From contig OZ252239.1 of assembly GCA_965249485.1 (NCBI GenBank), positions 896,001 through 960,000 of the forward strand: 64,000 nucleotides of DNA, read 5' to 3'. Shown piece by piece: positions 50,913-62,333 of the stretch (within the stretch, counting starts at the first letter, position 1; each line of letters starts with the position of its first letter). The notes below the pieces were generated by a model. That model saw nothing but the letters and a program-made list of their open reading frames with translations, was not told the DNA's origin and did no database searches. The translations under genes were made by a program, and so were the position numbers. The DNA is from a bacterium. GTDB lineage: Bacteria; SM23-31.

Positions 50913-53234
50913 TTAGAATTCATATTCTAAACCGAAAATTGGCAATAAACTCCATTGATTAAAGGTATCTTGTTTATTTTCGAACTCATTCCAATAATAT
51001 GCTGCAATATTTTTTCGATTATATGCATTCCAGATACTGAAATATGTAATAAGGTTTGTCTTGTTGAAATGGAAGCGTCTGTCGAATCGGATATTTAACG
51101 AATGGTAATCCGCATACCGCACCTCATTGATCCTGTTTTGGTTAAAAACACCTCTGTTGATTGTTTCAGAAGCTTCTATATCAAACGGTGTATACGGCGC
51201 TCTGCCGGCATAAATCCATCGAATACTATACTCCCATTTATTATTGGGTTTATAGCCACCTTCTACACTGAATGTATATTGATTGTCGAAAACTCTATCT
51301 CTCCAGATTTCGTTATAATCACGATACCTCGTTCTAAAATATGATGCTCCCACTAATCCGTAAAAATCTTCCGCCAATTTTTTCTGAATCAATAATTCAA
51401 TACCGCGAGAATACGCTTTACCCGTATCAACGAGGTTATCATGGTTAAAAAACAATCCGAATCGATAGAATAATTCGTCTAAAACAAATAAAGATGGTGT
51501 GGTAGAGTCGAGTGGAAAATTTTTATATTCTTTATCATACAATTCGATCGTAAGCCTTGTATCGTCCGTGAGTAAATGATTGAGTCCTATTACGTAATGA
51601 TACGCAACCGGGTCTTTTAAGTTTTTATGCTTCTTGTTTTGAGAAAGGACGACCAAAGGAAGGTTCTGATAAAATATACCTGTTGAACCATTAAGTGAGG
51701 TCTTGTCGGTAATTCTGTAGGAAAGAGAAAACCTTGGTGCAATATGGTTATTCTCATTATATGAAAATAATCCAGACGAATTCCGGTAGTTGTCGTCAAT
51801 CTCTCCACAGGTTTCCACGTATAACTTACGAACGCGCCGTATTTCTCCGCTTTGATCTTATTATCTACCTGAAGCTCCGGAACGGGATTCCCTATTGTGT
51901 CTGTATAATCCGCATAAAAATAATCGTAGTTGCTAATAAAATGTTTTACATCTAAACCAAATTCGATCTGATTCGATTCATTGAGCCGGTAGTAGTTTAC
52001 ATTTCTGAACTGGAAAATCTGTTCAAATGATTCATTTTTGAAAAGTCTTGTATTTTTTGCGATTTCAGTGAAATCGGTCTTGTAGTCAACCGCAATATGT
52101 GAAACAGAAGTGTTGGAGTATCCATCTTTGCTCCAAAGTGACTGCCAGTTTACGCCAAACGAATTTTCTAACACATCGGTATCACCATAGACGGAACTCC
52201 CCATATCTTCTGCATCATCCCGTGTGAATCCAATATGATCAATACCTAATATGTTCAAAACGGACATTTTATTGTTTTGTGTAATATCATACACCAGTTT
52301 ACCCTGGTAATCACTAAATTTAGGAGCTACACCTGTACCAACTGCATCTACGAGTAAATCTACAAAACTCCTTCTTGCAGAAAAGAACACAGAGCCCTGT
52401 TTTTTTAAGATAGGCCCTTCGAGAATTATACCTGATCCCGCAAAATTCAATTCTAACTGTCCGTCGAATTCATCACGATTTCCTTCTCTGAAGGTTAAAT
52501 CCATTATGGATGACAACCGATCTCCATAAGCTGCCGAGAAGCCACCTGTATAAAAATTCACATCCTGAATAAAATCAACATTTACAATTCCGATTAGGGC
52601 CACCCGATGATCCTTGTGTCGGAAAATGGTTAATATTTGGAATTTCAATGTTGTCAATGAAAAAACTATTTTCTATTGGACTTCCTCCCCGAACGATCAA
52701 GCTGTTCAATTGGTCGTTGACTTTTGCCAGACTGGGAAGTCCCATAATAATCCGGCTCACATCCCCCGCCGAACCGGGGGCCCTGCGTATTTCTTCCGAA
52801 GAAAAATTAATTGCACTGGTCGGTTGATCTTGCACTTGAGAAAAATAACCTGCACTTACAATAGCTTCCTCGCTTATAATCGCCGATATTCTAAGTCCTG
52901 CAAGTACAAATGTAATTCGGTTCGATTTGACAATTATATCGGTTTTTGTATGTGATTCGTACCCAATGTAGCTAAATCGAAGAGTATAACTTCCTATCGG
53001 AACATTATGAATAGTAAAATTTCCTTCTAAATCAGTAGCAGCTCCCATCTGTGTGCCGGCAATAATAATATTTGTGCCAATAAGCGGTGTTTTTGTCGCA
53101 CCATCATTAACGTGCCCCTTTATTGTGCCAATTAAAACATTAGAATTTGATACTGTTTGACTAATTCCGTAATTTGTAATGACTAACGAAAGCATCATGG
53201 TAAGAATAAGCAAAAAGCACAATTTTGATCTCAT
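50913..53234 (-). pseudogene. TonB-dependent receptor with N-terminal carboxypeptidase-regulatory-like domain, two indels
   Basis: Pieces 52575..53234, 51617..52657 and 50913..51818 join into one protein (GAATDLEGNF; VRGGSP.EN..IDNIEIPN.NH; GGFSAAYGDRLSS; C-terminal GLEYEF); +1 near 52595 and -1 near 51765. Confidence 0.85.
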
Positions 53235-53575
53235 GATAACCTCTTGTATAAACGTTTAATCGACCGGATGTATAAGTGTAGAAGTGCTGTAATACATAAA
53301 TAAACTCTGTATGATTTCCTTCACCCTATTAAACATCGGCAAGAAGTAAAATATTCCAAAGCTAGTTAGTGATAGAGCGGGAGCGGTAGTCCCGATCCCA
53401 ATCCGGACCTAAAGGACTAACTCTGGGAGTATTCCTTCCTTATTCCTCTTGCATAAATAAGAAAAAGGTTGTACAAAATTCGAGCGATTTTGATTTGATA
53501 TTCCAATTAATGTAATCAAACATAATAATTAAAGTTTGTACATCGTCAGAACATGTTGGAGTGATTGGTATTGTT

Positions 53576-53818
53576 TTAATCGATTATGTACGTTGCTATC
53601 AAAGGGACTATATTAAAAAAAATTATTAATATTTTATACGTCCCAAGTAGTTTATAAAGGGTTATGTATAATGAATCTTCCGGCATTTTAAATATTTTTC
53701 CATGCATTTTACATATAATATTACGCATCATTGCTATCATAATGAAGCTCAAACATAATAATCCTGTATTAATTATTACACACCAAAATAGGAAGTCTTG
53801 AATCATCAATAATGACAT
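53576..53818 (-). CDS. Small membrane protein, DUF6868-like
   Basis: FLFWCVIIN.GLL...HGKIF...YKILIIFFNIVP pattern; SD AGGAGG. Confidence 0.65.
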   Translation of the reverse strand: MSLLMIQDFLFWCVIINTGLLCLSFIMIAMMRNIICKMHGKIFKMPEDSLYITLYKLLGTYKILIIFFNIVPLIATYIID

Positions 53819-53976
53819 TATTCCTCCTAATTCTTACCAATGTGTTTGGGATCGCGTACTGCGACATAATCCCCAATCATTGGACGGGATTTTAACAGCG
53901 TCCCCTATAGGGATCGTCCTATGCGGGGGTCCGAATTTCTCTCTTATCAGGATTTAAGCGTCGTGTTGATTATTTC

Positions 53977-54858
53977 CTACTCAATGTTCTTCACGCATCG
54001 AAAACCGATATCCGCATACATGTTCGACTGAACGTCGCTGGTCCGTCTTGAGCAGCGCATCAATCCCGGCCGTCCGTCCCAGGAGTTGCCGCGCAATACC
54101 CTTCGTTCATTTGAAACATCGTTCATAGGATTTTTTGTTGGGCTCTTGCTGTAGTATTCTGCATCGAAGTAGTCGGCACACCATTCCCAGGCATTACCGG
54201 ACATGTCGTACAGTCCCAAAGAGTTGGGCACAAATGTACCCACGGGAGCGGTAAAAATGTATCCGTCATCATATCCTTCGCTATAAGACCATTTGACGAC
54301 TTTTATCAGATTTTCGTCGGAGACATTGGCCACGACCTCCTGCCCCAAGGGATCGTTGCCCCACGCGTATTTGTAGCCTTTTGCCCCACCTCGGGCGGCA
54401 TATTCCCATTCGGCCTCGGTGGGCAAGCGTTTTCCAGCCCATTCGGCGTAGGCGTTTGCATCGTTCCAGCTCATGTTCGTCACCGGATGATTGTTTTTCT
54501 CGGTTTGGTGCAGATTACCCATCTGGTCGTGCCTCCAGTTAATCCCCGGTCTTTTCTCCCAGCCTTCTCCACCCCAAACATAACCGCCATCATTCTTCTC
54601 GGCATCAGTGACATAGTTTGTGGCATCCACAAATTTTCCAAATTCTTCTAAAGTGACTTCATGGATATCCATATAAAACGCATCCAATTCCACTTCATGA
54701 ACCGGCTTCTCCATGTCCTGGCCGTCGGCGTCACCCATCATAAACGATCCGCTGGGAATTAAAACCATACCGGGAGGAGCAATTGTTGTTGTCTGGCAAT
54801 TGAATAAGAGGGTCATTGCCATGATACTCATCAATCCAACTAGAATGAGTTTTTTCAT
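53977..54858 (-). CDS. Formylglycine-generating enzyme (FGE-sulfatase domain) family lipoprotein
   Basis: GMVLIPSGSFMMG, HPV...SWNDA, KRLPTEAEWEYAARGG, GLYDMSGNAWEWC, GFRCV; lacks the FGE catalytic CxxxxC. Confidence 0.88.
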   Translation of the reverse strand: MKKLILVGLMSIMAMTLLFNCQTTTIAPPGMVLIPSGSFMMGDADGQDMEKPVHEVELDAFYMDIHEVTLEEFGKFVDATNYVTDAEKNDGGYVWGGEGWEKRPGINWRHDQMGNLHQTEKNNHPVTNMSWNDANAYAEWAGKRLPTEAEWEYAARGGAKGYKYAWGNDPLGQEVVANVSDENLIKVVKWSYSEGYDDGYIFTAPVGTFVPNSLGLYDMSGNAWEWCADYFDAEYYSKSPTKNPMNDVSNERRVLRGNSWDGRPGLMRCSRRTSDVQSNMYADIGFRCVKNIE

Positions 54859-55007
54859 TGTTGTTTCTCCTTAATGATGAATATGAAACATGATTGGTTA
54901 TATGTTACTATTCTATAAAATATTCGATGCAGAATATAATGATACAAATCTCTGTTGTTTGTAAACTTGAGAAACCCAGAAATAAAAAATGAGGACTCAT
55001 AAACAAA

Positions 55008-55343
55008 TCATTTTTTTGCTTCACGAGCACCTTCGATGGCAGTTTGTGCCCATTTCTGGAGCAAACTGTCATCGTCCAGCACTTCCTTGGGAACTTCGAA
55101 GTACGGCATTTTACCATGCTGAGAAGATCCAGCGTTTGCGAAATCCTGACGGTTTTCATCACCGACTTTAAAGAATAGCTCTGCTTTGGAATTTACCAGA
55201 GCGAACATGATGCCGCTCTCGAAAATACCGTAGCCGCCGAACATCTTCTTACTTGTTACTACACCAAGTGATACAAGAATATCAACAACCTGTCCGCACA
55301 GACTATCCGCTTCGTTAGTTAGTTTATCGCCTTTAATTCCCAA
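55008..55343 (-). CDS. TfoX/Sxy N-terminal domain protein
   Basis: KKMFGGYGIF..GIMFALV...LFFKV...MPYFEVP..VLDD. Confidence 0.88.
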   Translation of the reverse strand: MGIKGDKLTNEADSLCGQVVDILVSLGVVTSKKMFGGYGIFESGIMFALVNSKAELFFKVGDENRQDFANAGSSQHGKMPYFEVPKEVLDDDSLLQKWAQTAIEGAREAKK

Positions 55344-55889
55344 ATCAACCTGTCTCCTTAAATTAAATACACCTAAAATTTAGTGGATACATTGTATGTT
55401 TGGTATACACGAACCCCATTCTTAACTAATCACTGACACTCAAGATAAACAAAAATAAATACTAATCAAATATTTCAATCATATTTCAGACGTTTTTTAC
55501 GCTCCCCAAAGTCCGTCTTTTTAGATTACTTTCAACCTCCATCAACACAAAAATAACGAATCGAATGGAAAATTTATATAAGCCGAGATATTAGATTTAC
55601 ATACAGTTCCTGGTCGGTATCTTTTATGAAAAACAGCAAAGTTATAAGGAGCATATTTTTTTTTGGGATTAGTTGTGAACTCTTTTTTTGTTCTTGTTGT
55701 TGTAAAGGCTTAGAAAGGGGAAATCAAAAAAGAGTGATAAAAAATTATTTTGAAAAGCTAATTATATTTCTTAAATTTTAATCACATTGGCTGATGTTTT
55801 CTGACAATATATAATCAGCATAAGAGAAAACTCGGAATTTGTTTAATACGTATTAAGATAAAGATTCCGAAAATGCATTTATAAGGCGC

Positions 55890-56999
55890 ATGATGAAAAA
55901 TAAAGTAATAGACTTCCTTGCACATGCCGGAATTTGTGTTAACGGCAGAGATCCCTGGGATATAGTTATCCGAAACGATGCATTTTATGCGAAAGTGCTC
56001 ACCGGCGGCTCACTGGCGTTAGGTGAATCATATATGGATGGCTGGTGGGATTGTGATGCGATCGATAAATTTTTTCATAAAATTTTCGTAGCCAAACTCA
56101 ATCTAAGTGTTACTGATAAAAAACAATATTTATTTACCTACCTCAAAGCCAAGGCCCTGAATCTTCAGCGTAAATCAAAGGCATTTCATAGCGGACAACA
56201 CCATTACGATATTGGAAATGACCTCTTTTCCTTGATGCTTGGTAAAATGATGTTATACAGTTGTGCCTATTGGGTGGAAGCCCGGACTCTTGATGAAGCG
56301 CAAGAAGCAAAGCTGGAACTCATTTGTAAAAAACTCGACCTGCAGCCGGGGATGCAAGTCCTCGACATCGGTTGTGGATGGGGAGGATTTGCCCTCTACG
56401 CAGCCAGCAAATACGGTGTGCATGTCACTGGAGTAACCGTATCCGAAAAACAAAAAGCAATAGGCGAAGAAATGTGCGCCGTTCTTCCGGTTGAAATACT
56501 CTACAAAGATTATCGTGATGTAAACGGCACCTTTGACCGGATCGTATCGGTCGGAATGTTCGAACATATCGGAAATAAAAATTACAGGACTTTCATGAAA
56601 AAAACCAAGCAGCTTCTCAAAAAGGACGGCCTTTTCCTTCTGCAAACTATAGGCAGAAATTTATCGCATCCCTCGAACGATCCCTGGATGAACAGATATA
56701 TATTTCCAAATTCAAAAATACCTTCATTGCAGGAAATTACCAAAGCTATTGAAGGCCAGATTATTATGGAAGACGTACATAATATCGGCGTACACTATGA
56801 TAAAACCCTCATGGCCTGGTATGAAAATTTCAATATTAACTGGGATTTACTTAAGAATAAATACGATGAACGTTTTAAACGGATGTGGTCATATTACCTG
56901 TTGAGCTGTGCGGGTGCATTTCGCGCCCGGCATAATCATGTCTGGCAGTTCGTGTTTTCTCAAGATGGCGTACCGGGAGGTTATACCAGCTTACGATGA
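55890..56999 (+). CDS. cfa: Cyclopropane fatty acyl phospholipid synthase
   Basis: GSLALGESYMDGWW, HYDIGNDLF, YSCAYW, VLDIGCGWGG, VSVGMFEHIG, RMWSYYLLSCAGAFRAR. Confidence 0.95.
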   Translation: MMKNKVIDFLAHAGICVNGRDPWDIVIRNDAFYAKVLTGGSLALGESYMDGWWDCDAIDKFFHKIFVAKLNLSVTDKKQYLFTYLKAKALNLQRKSKAFHSGQHHYDIGNDLFSLMLGKMMLYSCAYWVEARTLDEAQEAKLELICKKLDLQPGMQVLDIGCGWGGFALYAASKYGVHVTGVTVSEKQKAIGEEMCAVLPVEILYKDYRDVNGTFDRIVSVGMFEHIGNKNYRTFMKKTKQLLKKDGLFLLQTIGRNLSHPSNDPWMNRYIFPNSKIPSLQEITKAIEGQIIMEDVHNIGVHYDKTLMAWYENFNINWDLLKNKYDERFKRMWSYYLLSCAGAFRARHNHVWQFVFSQDGVPGGYTSLR

Positions 57000-57202
57000 A
57001 AAAATATGACAGGTGTCATTTTTGAGTTCTAGTTTTTCCAAGTGATTTTTACCCACTTCTTTTTTCAGGTCTAGTACTTACATTATATTCAATGTTGGTC
57101 GTTTGACTTTTTCACATCCGGAGAAGACTTTTGTGCACGTCAATTATTGTGATTCAAAATTCAAAGAAATAGTACAATACGTAATTATTTCAAAGCTATA
57201 TG

Positions 57203-58579
57203 TTATCGTACCAAAGCAATCCGTTCCGTTGGTGGAATGAACCACTCGATTCCGTCCTCGGTTAAAAGCACGTTCTCTTCAAAGTCCATCACCATTTTTC
57301 TGCCGCCCCATTCGGGCATAGGATAGTAAACGAAGAATTCGAGAGAGTGGAGCTGGTTTGGTTTAAGCACAAGGCTGCTGCAATATGGCTGCTCTTCATC
57401 GATCCAAACGGTAGGTCCGGAACCGTGACCCTGTTCTCCAACAGTATGCCAGCCAATATTGATTTCAATTTTTTGGCTGTCTGAAACGTAGTCTTCGAGA
57501 CGACAGATCTCGTATCCGAGTTCTCGCAGTTTATCATATATCACGTTCAGTGTCTCAAGCCCTGTACGGCCCGGTTTTGCGAGTTTACGTGACAATTCCC
57601 GCACTTTCAATCCATGATCCCAGATTTTTTGTATCGTCTCCGGTATATCAGTTTCTCCTTCTTGCAGCACATATGCCCACCGCTCGATGTCGGTGCTATA
57701 ACCACCCATAATTTGAATGCCTTTATCCCAGCCAACAAGATCGCCCCGCTGAATAACCAAATCTCGTGGTCCTTGTGTTGGAGTTCTGACAAGAGGGTTG
57801 CCATCGTTGTCTGTCGGCATATTTGGATAAATAATTCTGGGTGTACTATAGGACGGAGTATATCCGCGGGCAATCAATTGATCCGCCATCCAGAAACTAA
57901 GGTCACCCAATGTCGTCACTCCCGGTACGATGACCTCATTGGATAAAGCTCTCTCGACAAGCTCTCTGGTTAATTCTATCGACTTTCTGAATAATGAAAT
58001 TTCACTGGCTACTTTGATCGAACGAAAGTCGCTGACGAGATCCTCTGACGAGATAAGCCGTGTCGCATATTTCTCCCCGAGAGTCTTGACGAGGGCCAAA
58101 TAATTGGTATGGGAAAGCCCGTCAGCAGTTCCAAGATTGGCAGACATATTGACAGCAATGTTTTTTGGATCACGCTCTTCAACAAACTCCCTCAAATCTC
58201 CTGTCACTCCAAAGATGTCATAAAGCTTGGGACTGCCGCCGGTACCTAAAGCCGCACGCTCGATTCTGTCACCACCACGGTCGGTAAACACTAAATAAGC
58301 AAGATTTTCTCCATGATACCACTTATCCGAAGCGCCACCACCGCCGACGTCTGAAGCAAGCGGATCAGGACGCTTATATTTCTGCACCATTATCCACATA
58401 TCGATGTTATTTTCCCGCATCGCATTGGGCAGTACAATATCGAGTTTCTCCATGCGAATCAGGTTCATCATTTCCCAGCGGGCTTTTGCTTCCTGAGCGT
58501 GAGCAGGGTATCCCTGGACAAGGAAAAGGCAAGAAGAAAGCATAAGTATCAGCCATGATTTACGCATAAAATGCCTCAC
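57203..58579 (-). CDS. Secreted M24-fold Xaa-Pro peptidase-like protein
   Basis: Signal peptide; paralogue of 11768..13117 (shared FTDRGGDRIERA); WDKG...STD, WHTVG..GHG, SLEF, FEEN. Confidence 0.8.
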   Translation of the reverse strand: MRHFMRKSWLILMLSSCLFLVQGYPAHAQEAKARWEMMNLIRMEKLDIVLPNAMRENNIDMWIMVQKYKRPDPLASDVGGGGASDKWYHGENLAYLVFTDRGGDRIERAALGTGGSPKLYDIFGVTGDLREFVEERDPKNIAVNMSANLGTADGLSHTNYLALVKTLGEKYATRLISSEDLVSDFRSIKVASEISLFRKSIELTRELVERALSNEVIVPGVTTLGDLSFWMADQLIARGYTPSYSTPRIIYPNMPTDNDGNPLVRTPTQGPRDLVIQRGDLVGWDKGIQIMGGYSTDIERWAYVLQEGETDIPETIQKIWDHGLKVRELSRKLAKPGRTGLETLNVIYDKLRELGYEICRLEDYVSDSQKIEINIGWHTVGEQGHGSGPTVWIDEEQPYCSSLVLKPNQLHSLEFFVYYPMPEWGGRKMVMDFEENVLLTEDGIEWFIPPTERIALVR

Positions 58580-58709
58580 TCATTAAATGTTTATATTGGA
58601 ATTGCTTTACTATTTATTAAAACGTGTAGCTCATTGTGGCAAGTGCGCTTTTTGATCACATTTCGATGGTAAGTACGATTCGGAAACTCTGCAATAAATA
58701 TCACAGTAA

Positions 58710-60461
58710 CTACCATACAAACAATAATTTTGTTACAAACCATGTAATGAAAACAAGTAAAATACATGCTCCGACTATTTTTACAAAACCCGGAAAGTAC
58801 CATTTTAAATTTGGTTCATTGCGAAGCTCAATTGTACTATCCGTTCCGAATATTTTATCTTTGCTATCCTCCGCATACATTTTTTCCACCTCAGTCACGC
58901 TCATTTCTTCCTGACCATCAGACATAAGACCTGCGTCAATTAAAGCGGGCAATTTGATTCCTGCATTAACCAGCCGCTCCTCACGTCCAACCGGTGTGTT
59001 TAAAATAACGTGGAAACGTTTAATTTTGAGGATATCGGCTGGTTTTCCGATCAACGTCCCAGCGACCATACAAAATAACGCTACACCAGTAGAAAAGAAT
59101 ACCGCCTGCTCAAATGCCGGATCAATTGCATCAACAAATCCCAAATTCAACTGAATCATATTGGTGACCACGACCGATATATAAGTAACGATCCCGCCAC
59201 TTATTGAAAGCCACATACCCGTGCAATTAGCTCGCTGCCAGACCACTCCGAAATAGATTGGTATTCCGAGAAACGAAAGCAACGTCAATGTAAGCTTTAC
59301 ATAGTCTCCAATCGATGAAAGGTTATGTGTCGAAAGAGCCGCAATAATTATAGAAATTACTGCCCAGATACGTGCAACGTTGAGATAGTGTTTCAGTTTT
59401 TTGCCTGGCCGAATTGTCTTCCTGTAAAGGTAATCTACACCGACTGCGGAAGAGGTTGTGGCAAAGGTGTCCGCTGAAGACATTGCCGCAGCAAAAAAAC
59501 TCGCAACAAGGAGTCCCAGAACACCAACCGGTAATATTTCTCCCATGACAATGCCCCACGCTAACTCAGGGTCATCCAATCCGGGACGGTAAATTGCGAA
59601 TAGAATACCATAGATGGCAAACAACAATGTGATTAATCGTTTCCAGAGATGTCCCCATGCACATTGGGTCGCGGCTTTTTCGTTCTTTGAAACCGAGATC
59701 CAGTTAAATATCCATGGTGCCGCGATGCCGCCAACGAGAGCAGAGAGATTGAGTGCTAGCACAGTCCAGATTGTCATTCGTTCCGGATCAACTAAATTCC
59801 AGATTTCAGGATGAGCAGCGCTGTAATCCACCAAGGAATTCCAGCCTCCTGCGTTGATCCATAAAAATGGCAACATAATGAAACTCAAAACAAAAAGACA
59901 CATTAATCCCTGAAGGATGTCAGTCAATAACGCAGACATCATCCCTCCGGAAAATACATATGAGCCAACAATGATAGTAATAATCCAGACGCATTGCTGT
60001 GGTTGTAACGTAGTCAATCCGGACAATACTTTTGCTATGGCCAAAAGAATCATCCCAATAAATAAAATGCAGATGATCGTTGCAACAACTGAATACAGTG
60101 AAGAGACATATCTGTCGTATCGCATTTCAAGAAACTCAGATATGCTATAGACCCTCGACCTGCGGAAATAAGTGGAAAATAAGTAATAAATGGGAGTTGC
60201 AAAAAGGAAACTCCACCAGTACCAGACACCCGAAAGTCCGCTTTCATAGGCTTGTCCACCTACGACAACTGCCTCGTTACCCGCAATCGCTGAAGCGAAG
60301 ACGAAAATAAAGGACACAAGAGCACCCCATTTACCACCCGCTACAAAAAAGTCACCCAGGCTCTTGGTTCGTTTTGCGCCTTGAAAAATGCCAATGTATA
60401 GTACAATGCCGAAATATACTATAACTATAGTAAAATCAATCCAATGTATTCCCAGTATCAT
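58710..60461 (-). CDS. Sodium:solute symporter (SSS) family transporter
   Basis: DFFVAGG, EFLEMRY, SGGMMSALLTDILQG, GLLVASFFAAAMSS. Confidence 0.93.
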   Translation of the reverse strand: MILGIHWIDFTIVIVYFGIVLYIGIFQGAKRTKSLGDFFVAGGKWGALVSFIFVFASAIAGNEAVVVGGQAYESGLSGVWYWWSFLFATPIYYLFSTYFRRSRVYSISEFLEMRYDRYVSSLYSVVATIICILFIGMILLAIAKVLSGLTTLQPQQCVWIITIIVGSYVFSGGMMSALLTDILQGLMCLFVLSFIMLPFLWINAGGWNSLVDYSAAHPEIWNLVDPERMTIWTVLALNLSALVGGIAAPWIFNWISVSKNEKAATQCAWGHLWKRLITLLFAIYGILFAIYRPGLDDPELAWGIVMGEILPVGVLGLLVASFFAAAMSSADTFATTSSAVGVDYLYRKTIRPGKKLKHYLNVARIWAVISIIIAALSTHNLSSIGDYVKLTLTLLSFLGIPIYFGVVWQRANCTGMWLSISGGIVTYISVVVTNMIQLNLGFVDAIDPAFEQAVFFSTGVALFCMVAGTLIGKPADILKIKRFHVILNTPVGREERLVNAGIKLPALIDAGLMSDGQEEMSVTEVEKMYAEDSKDKIFGTDSTIELRNEPNLKWYFPGFVKIVGACILLVFITWFVTKLLFVW

Positions 60462-60613
60462 ATCGAGTCTTCACTATTTTTATTTAATTTGTTCAATATA
60501 ATATGTGAATCTAAATATAGAAGTTAGTTCCTTTTCCAATTACTCCCCGGGCAGAACGAATTTTAGACTTTTTCTATAGTGCTCTAATGCCCTTCATTAT
60601 CTTGATCGCTCCA

Positions 60614-62203
60614 TTACCACGGCAAAGGAGCGACTCGTGGGAGTTTTTCATCACGCATTGCCACATGATAGACAAACGCTGCAAGGATGACTACATTGGT
60701 CATCGTGTTTTCAGGAACAAGACGGTCAAACATATCCATGTTAGTATGAGCATTCGTTTCCATATCTAATCTATCCTGATAAAAATAAAAGCCCGGCAGC
60801 CCAACTTCAGCATACGCATCATGGTAGCCCATATTACCACCGATAGACATTCCGCCCGGAATCAGATGTGTCATTCCCAGGCTATGTAACGGTTTCATCC
60901 ACTCGGTAAAAATTGACCGAATCTCTTCATTGCCCATGACAGAAACAGCCCGTATCTTACCGGTACCATGATCCGCATTAAAGTATGCAGATAGATTATG
61001 ATAATCCTTTCTGTATTCCTTTGTCGTCGGATCGGCAAAGTTTTTCCGGACATGACCTCGGTTACCTGCTAATCCTGCTCCATCATGTCCACCCCAAAGA
61101 CCCATCCGAACAGTCCGACGGGGTTGAAGGCCTAATTTTTTAAAAATGCGTGCAACCTCCATTGCAGTCGCTGCACCGACTGCGTTATCAGTCGCACCGG
61201 TACCCACAGGTACAGATTGAAGATGACCGCCGAATACAACAATTTCATGCGCCAGATCAGTGCCCGGAATTTCAGCAACAACATTATGGTCATTCGGATC
61301 AACTCTGAAAAAGTTTGTTTTGATTTCGATCTCCATTTCGACCGGAATGTCCTTATTCAATATTCGAATGATCCGGTTATATTGTTCAACTGCCACAACA
61401 AGCTCCGTAGGCTGGGGGGGAGCACCCTCTTTCCACAGTCCTGATGCTCTATCGTATCTGTTGACTGCAACGGTTCCGAAGTCATGTCGGCCGTCCGGGT
61501 GTGCAATTGCAGCAGCACCTTCGGCAAATACAAAATCGATAATCTGCTGGCTCGTAAGTCTGCTTTCACTGGGATTGGGTCTCGACCGCTCCTGTCGGCG
61601 CAAATACAAATCCAAAACTGAGACTTTGGGAGCTATTGGAATTATCGCCATCTCGTCAAGCTGCTCTTCCGTGAATTTCGTCGCAATAGGTTCAAAATGG
61701 GGTGAGAGTTTCTGTTCTGGCTTTATGAAAATGATAGCATTTCGTAGTTTTCCCCGGTATTGCCTCAGGTCTGCTTCTGTAGCGAGTTCGTCAAAATTCA
61801 TATAAATAGCATGTGCCCGGATCTTTCCATCTGTTCCGGATGACCATGGTGCGGGATAGGCAATAACCGGCATATATTGGGGAGCCATCATGTGTACCGA
61901 TGTGTATCCAATATTCCAACCGGCACCGAATTCATACGGTTCAAGCCTGGCATTTGTGAGGCCATATTTCTTGAGCCGGTCTCTCGCCCATTCTGCAGCA
62001 GCACGATACGATGGCGTCTTTACATTTCGCGGCCCAAATACATCTGCCAGCCAACTGACATTCTCCATGACCTGGGAATTTTCAAACGCCTCTTCCATGA
62101 TCTCCTCAACAACTTCCCAGTAGATCGGTTCCTGTGCCGGTGCAGAAGAAACAAGCACAATCAATATCAGTAAACCAACCATACAAATACATTTAGCTTT
62201 CAT
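60614..62203 (-). CDS. Secreted M28-fold protein, variant active site; sixth copy, closest to 43547..45148
   Basis: Start MKAK after SD AGGAG; GGHLQSVPVGTGATDN; LWGGHDGAG; AHTNMD. Confidence 0.85.
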   Translation of the reverse strand: MKAKCICMVGLLILIVLVSSAPAQEPIYWEVVEEIMEEAFENSQVMENVSWLADVFGPRNVKTPSYRAAAEWARDRLKKYGLTNARLEPYEFGAGWNIGYTSVHMMAPQYMPVIAYPAPWSSGTDGKIRAHAIYMNFDELATEADLRQYRGKLRNAIIFIKPEQKLSPHFEPIATKFTEEQLDEMAIIPIAPKVSVLDLYLRRQERSRPNPSESRLTSQQIIDFVFAEGAAAIAHPDGRHDFGTVAVNRYDRASGLWKEGAPPQPTELVVAVEQYNRIIRILNKDIPVEMEIEIKTNFFRVDPNDHNVVAEIPGTDLAHEIVVFGGHLQSVPVGTGATDNAVGAATAMEVARIFKKLGLQPRRTVRMGLWGGHDGAGLAGNRGHVRKNFADPTTKEYRKDYHNLSAYFNADHGTGKIRAVSVMGNEEIRSIFTEWMKPLHSLGMTHLIPGGMSIGGNMGYHDAYAEVGLPGFYFYQDRLDMETNAHTNMDMFDRLVPENTMTNVVILAAFVYHVAMRDEKLPRVAPLPW

Positions 62204-62333
62204 TGTGTAGCTCCTGATAAAATTCCAATCCAAGATTTAATGCTATCTGATATTCTTCGTATCAATTTTCTGAAATGAATAACTTTTCATACTATATCAA
62301 GAGAGCATAAAGCTTCTCAGTTAGGTACTGTAG

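Noticed and set aside
53977..54858. True sulfatase-maturing FGE, or a diversity-generating retroelement target
   Set aside because: The catalytic CxxxxC is missing, and no reverse transcriptase or template repeat is visible in the window
55008..55343. Competence regulator Sxy system
   Set aside because: Stand-alone TfoX N-terminal domains are widespread and no competence genes are nearby
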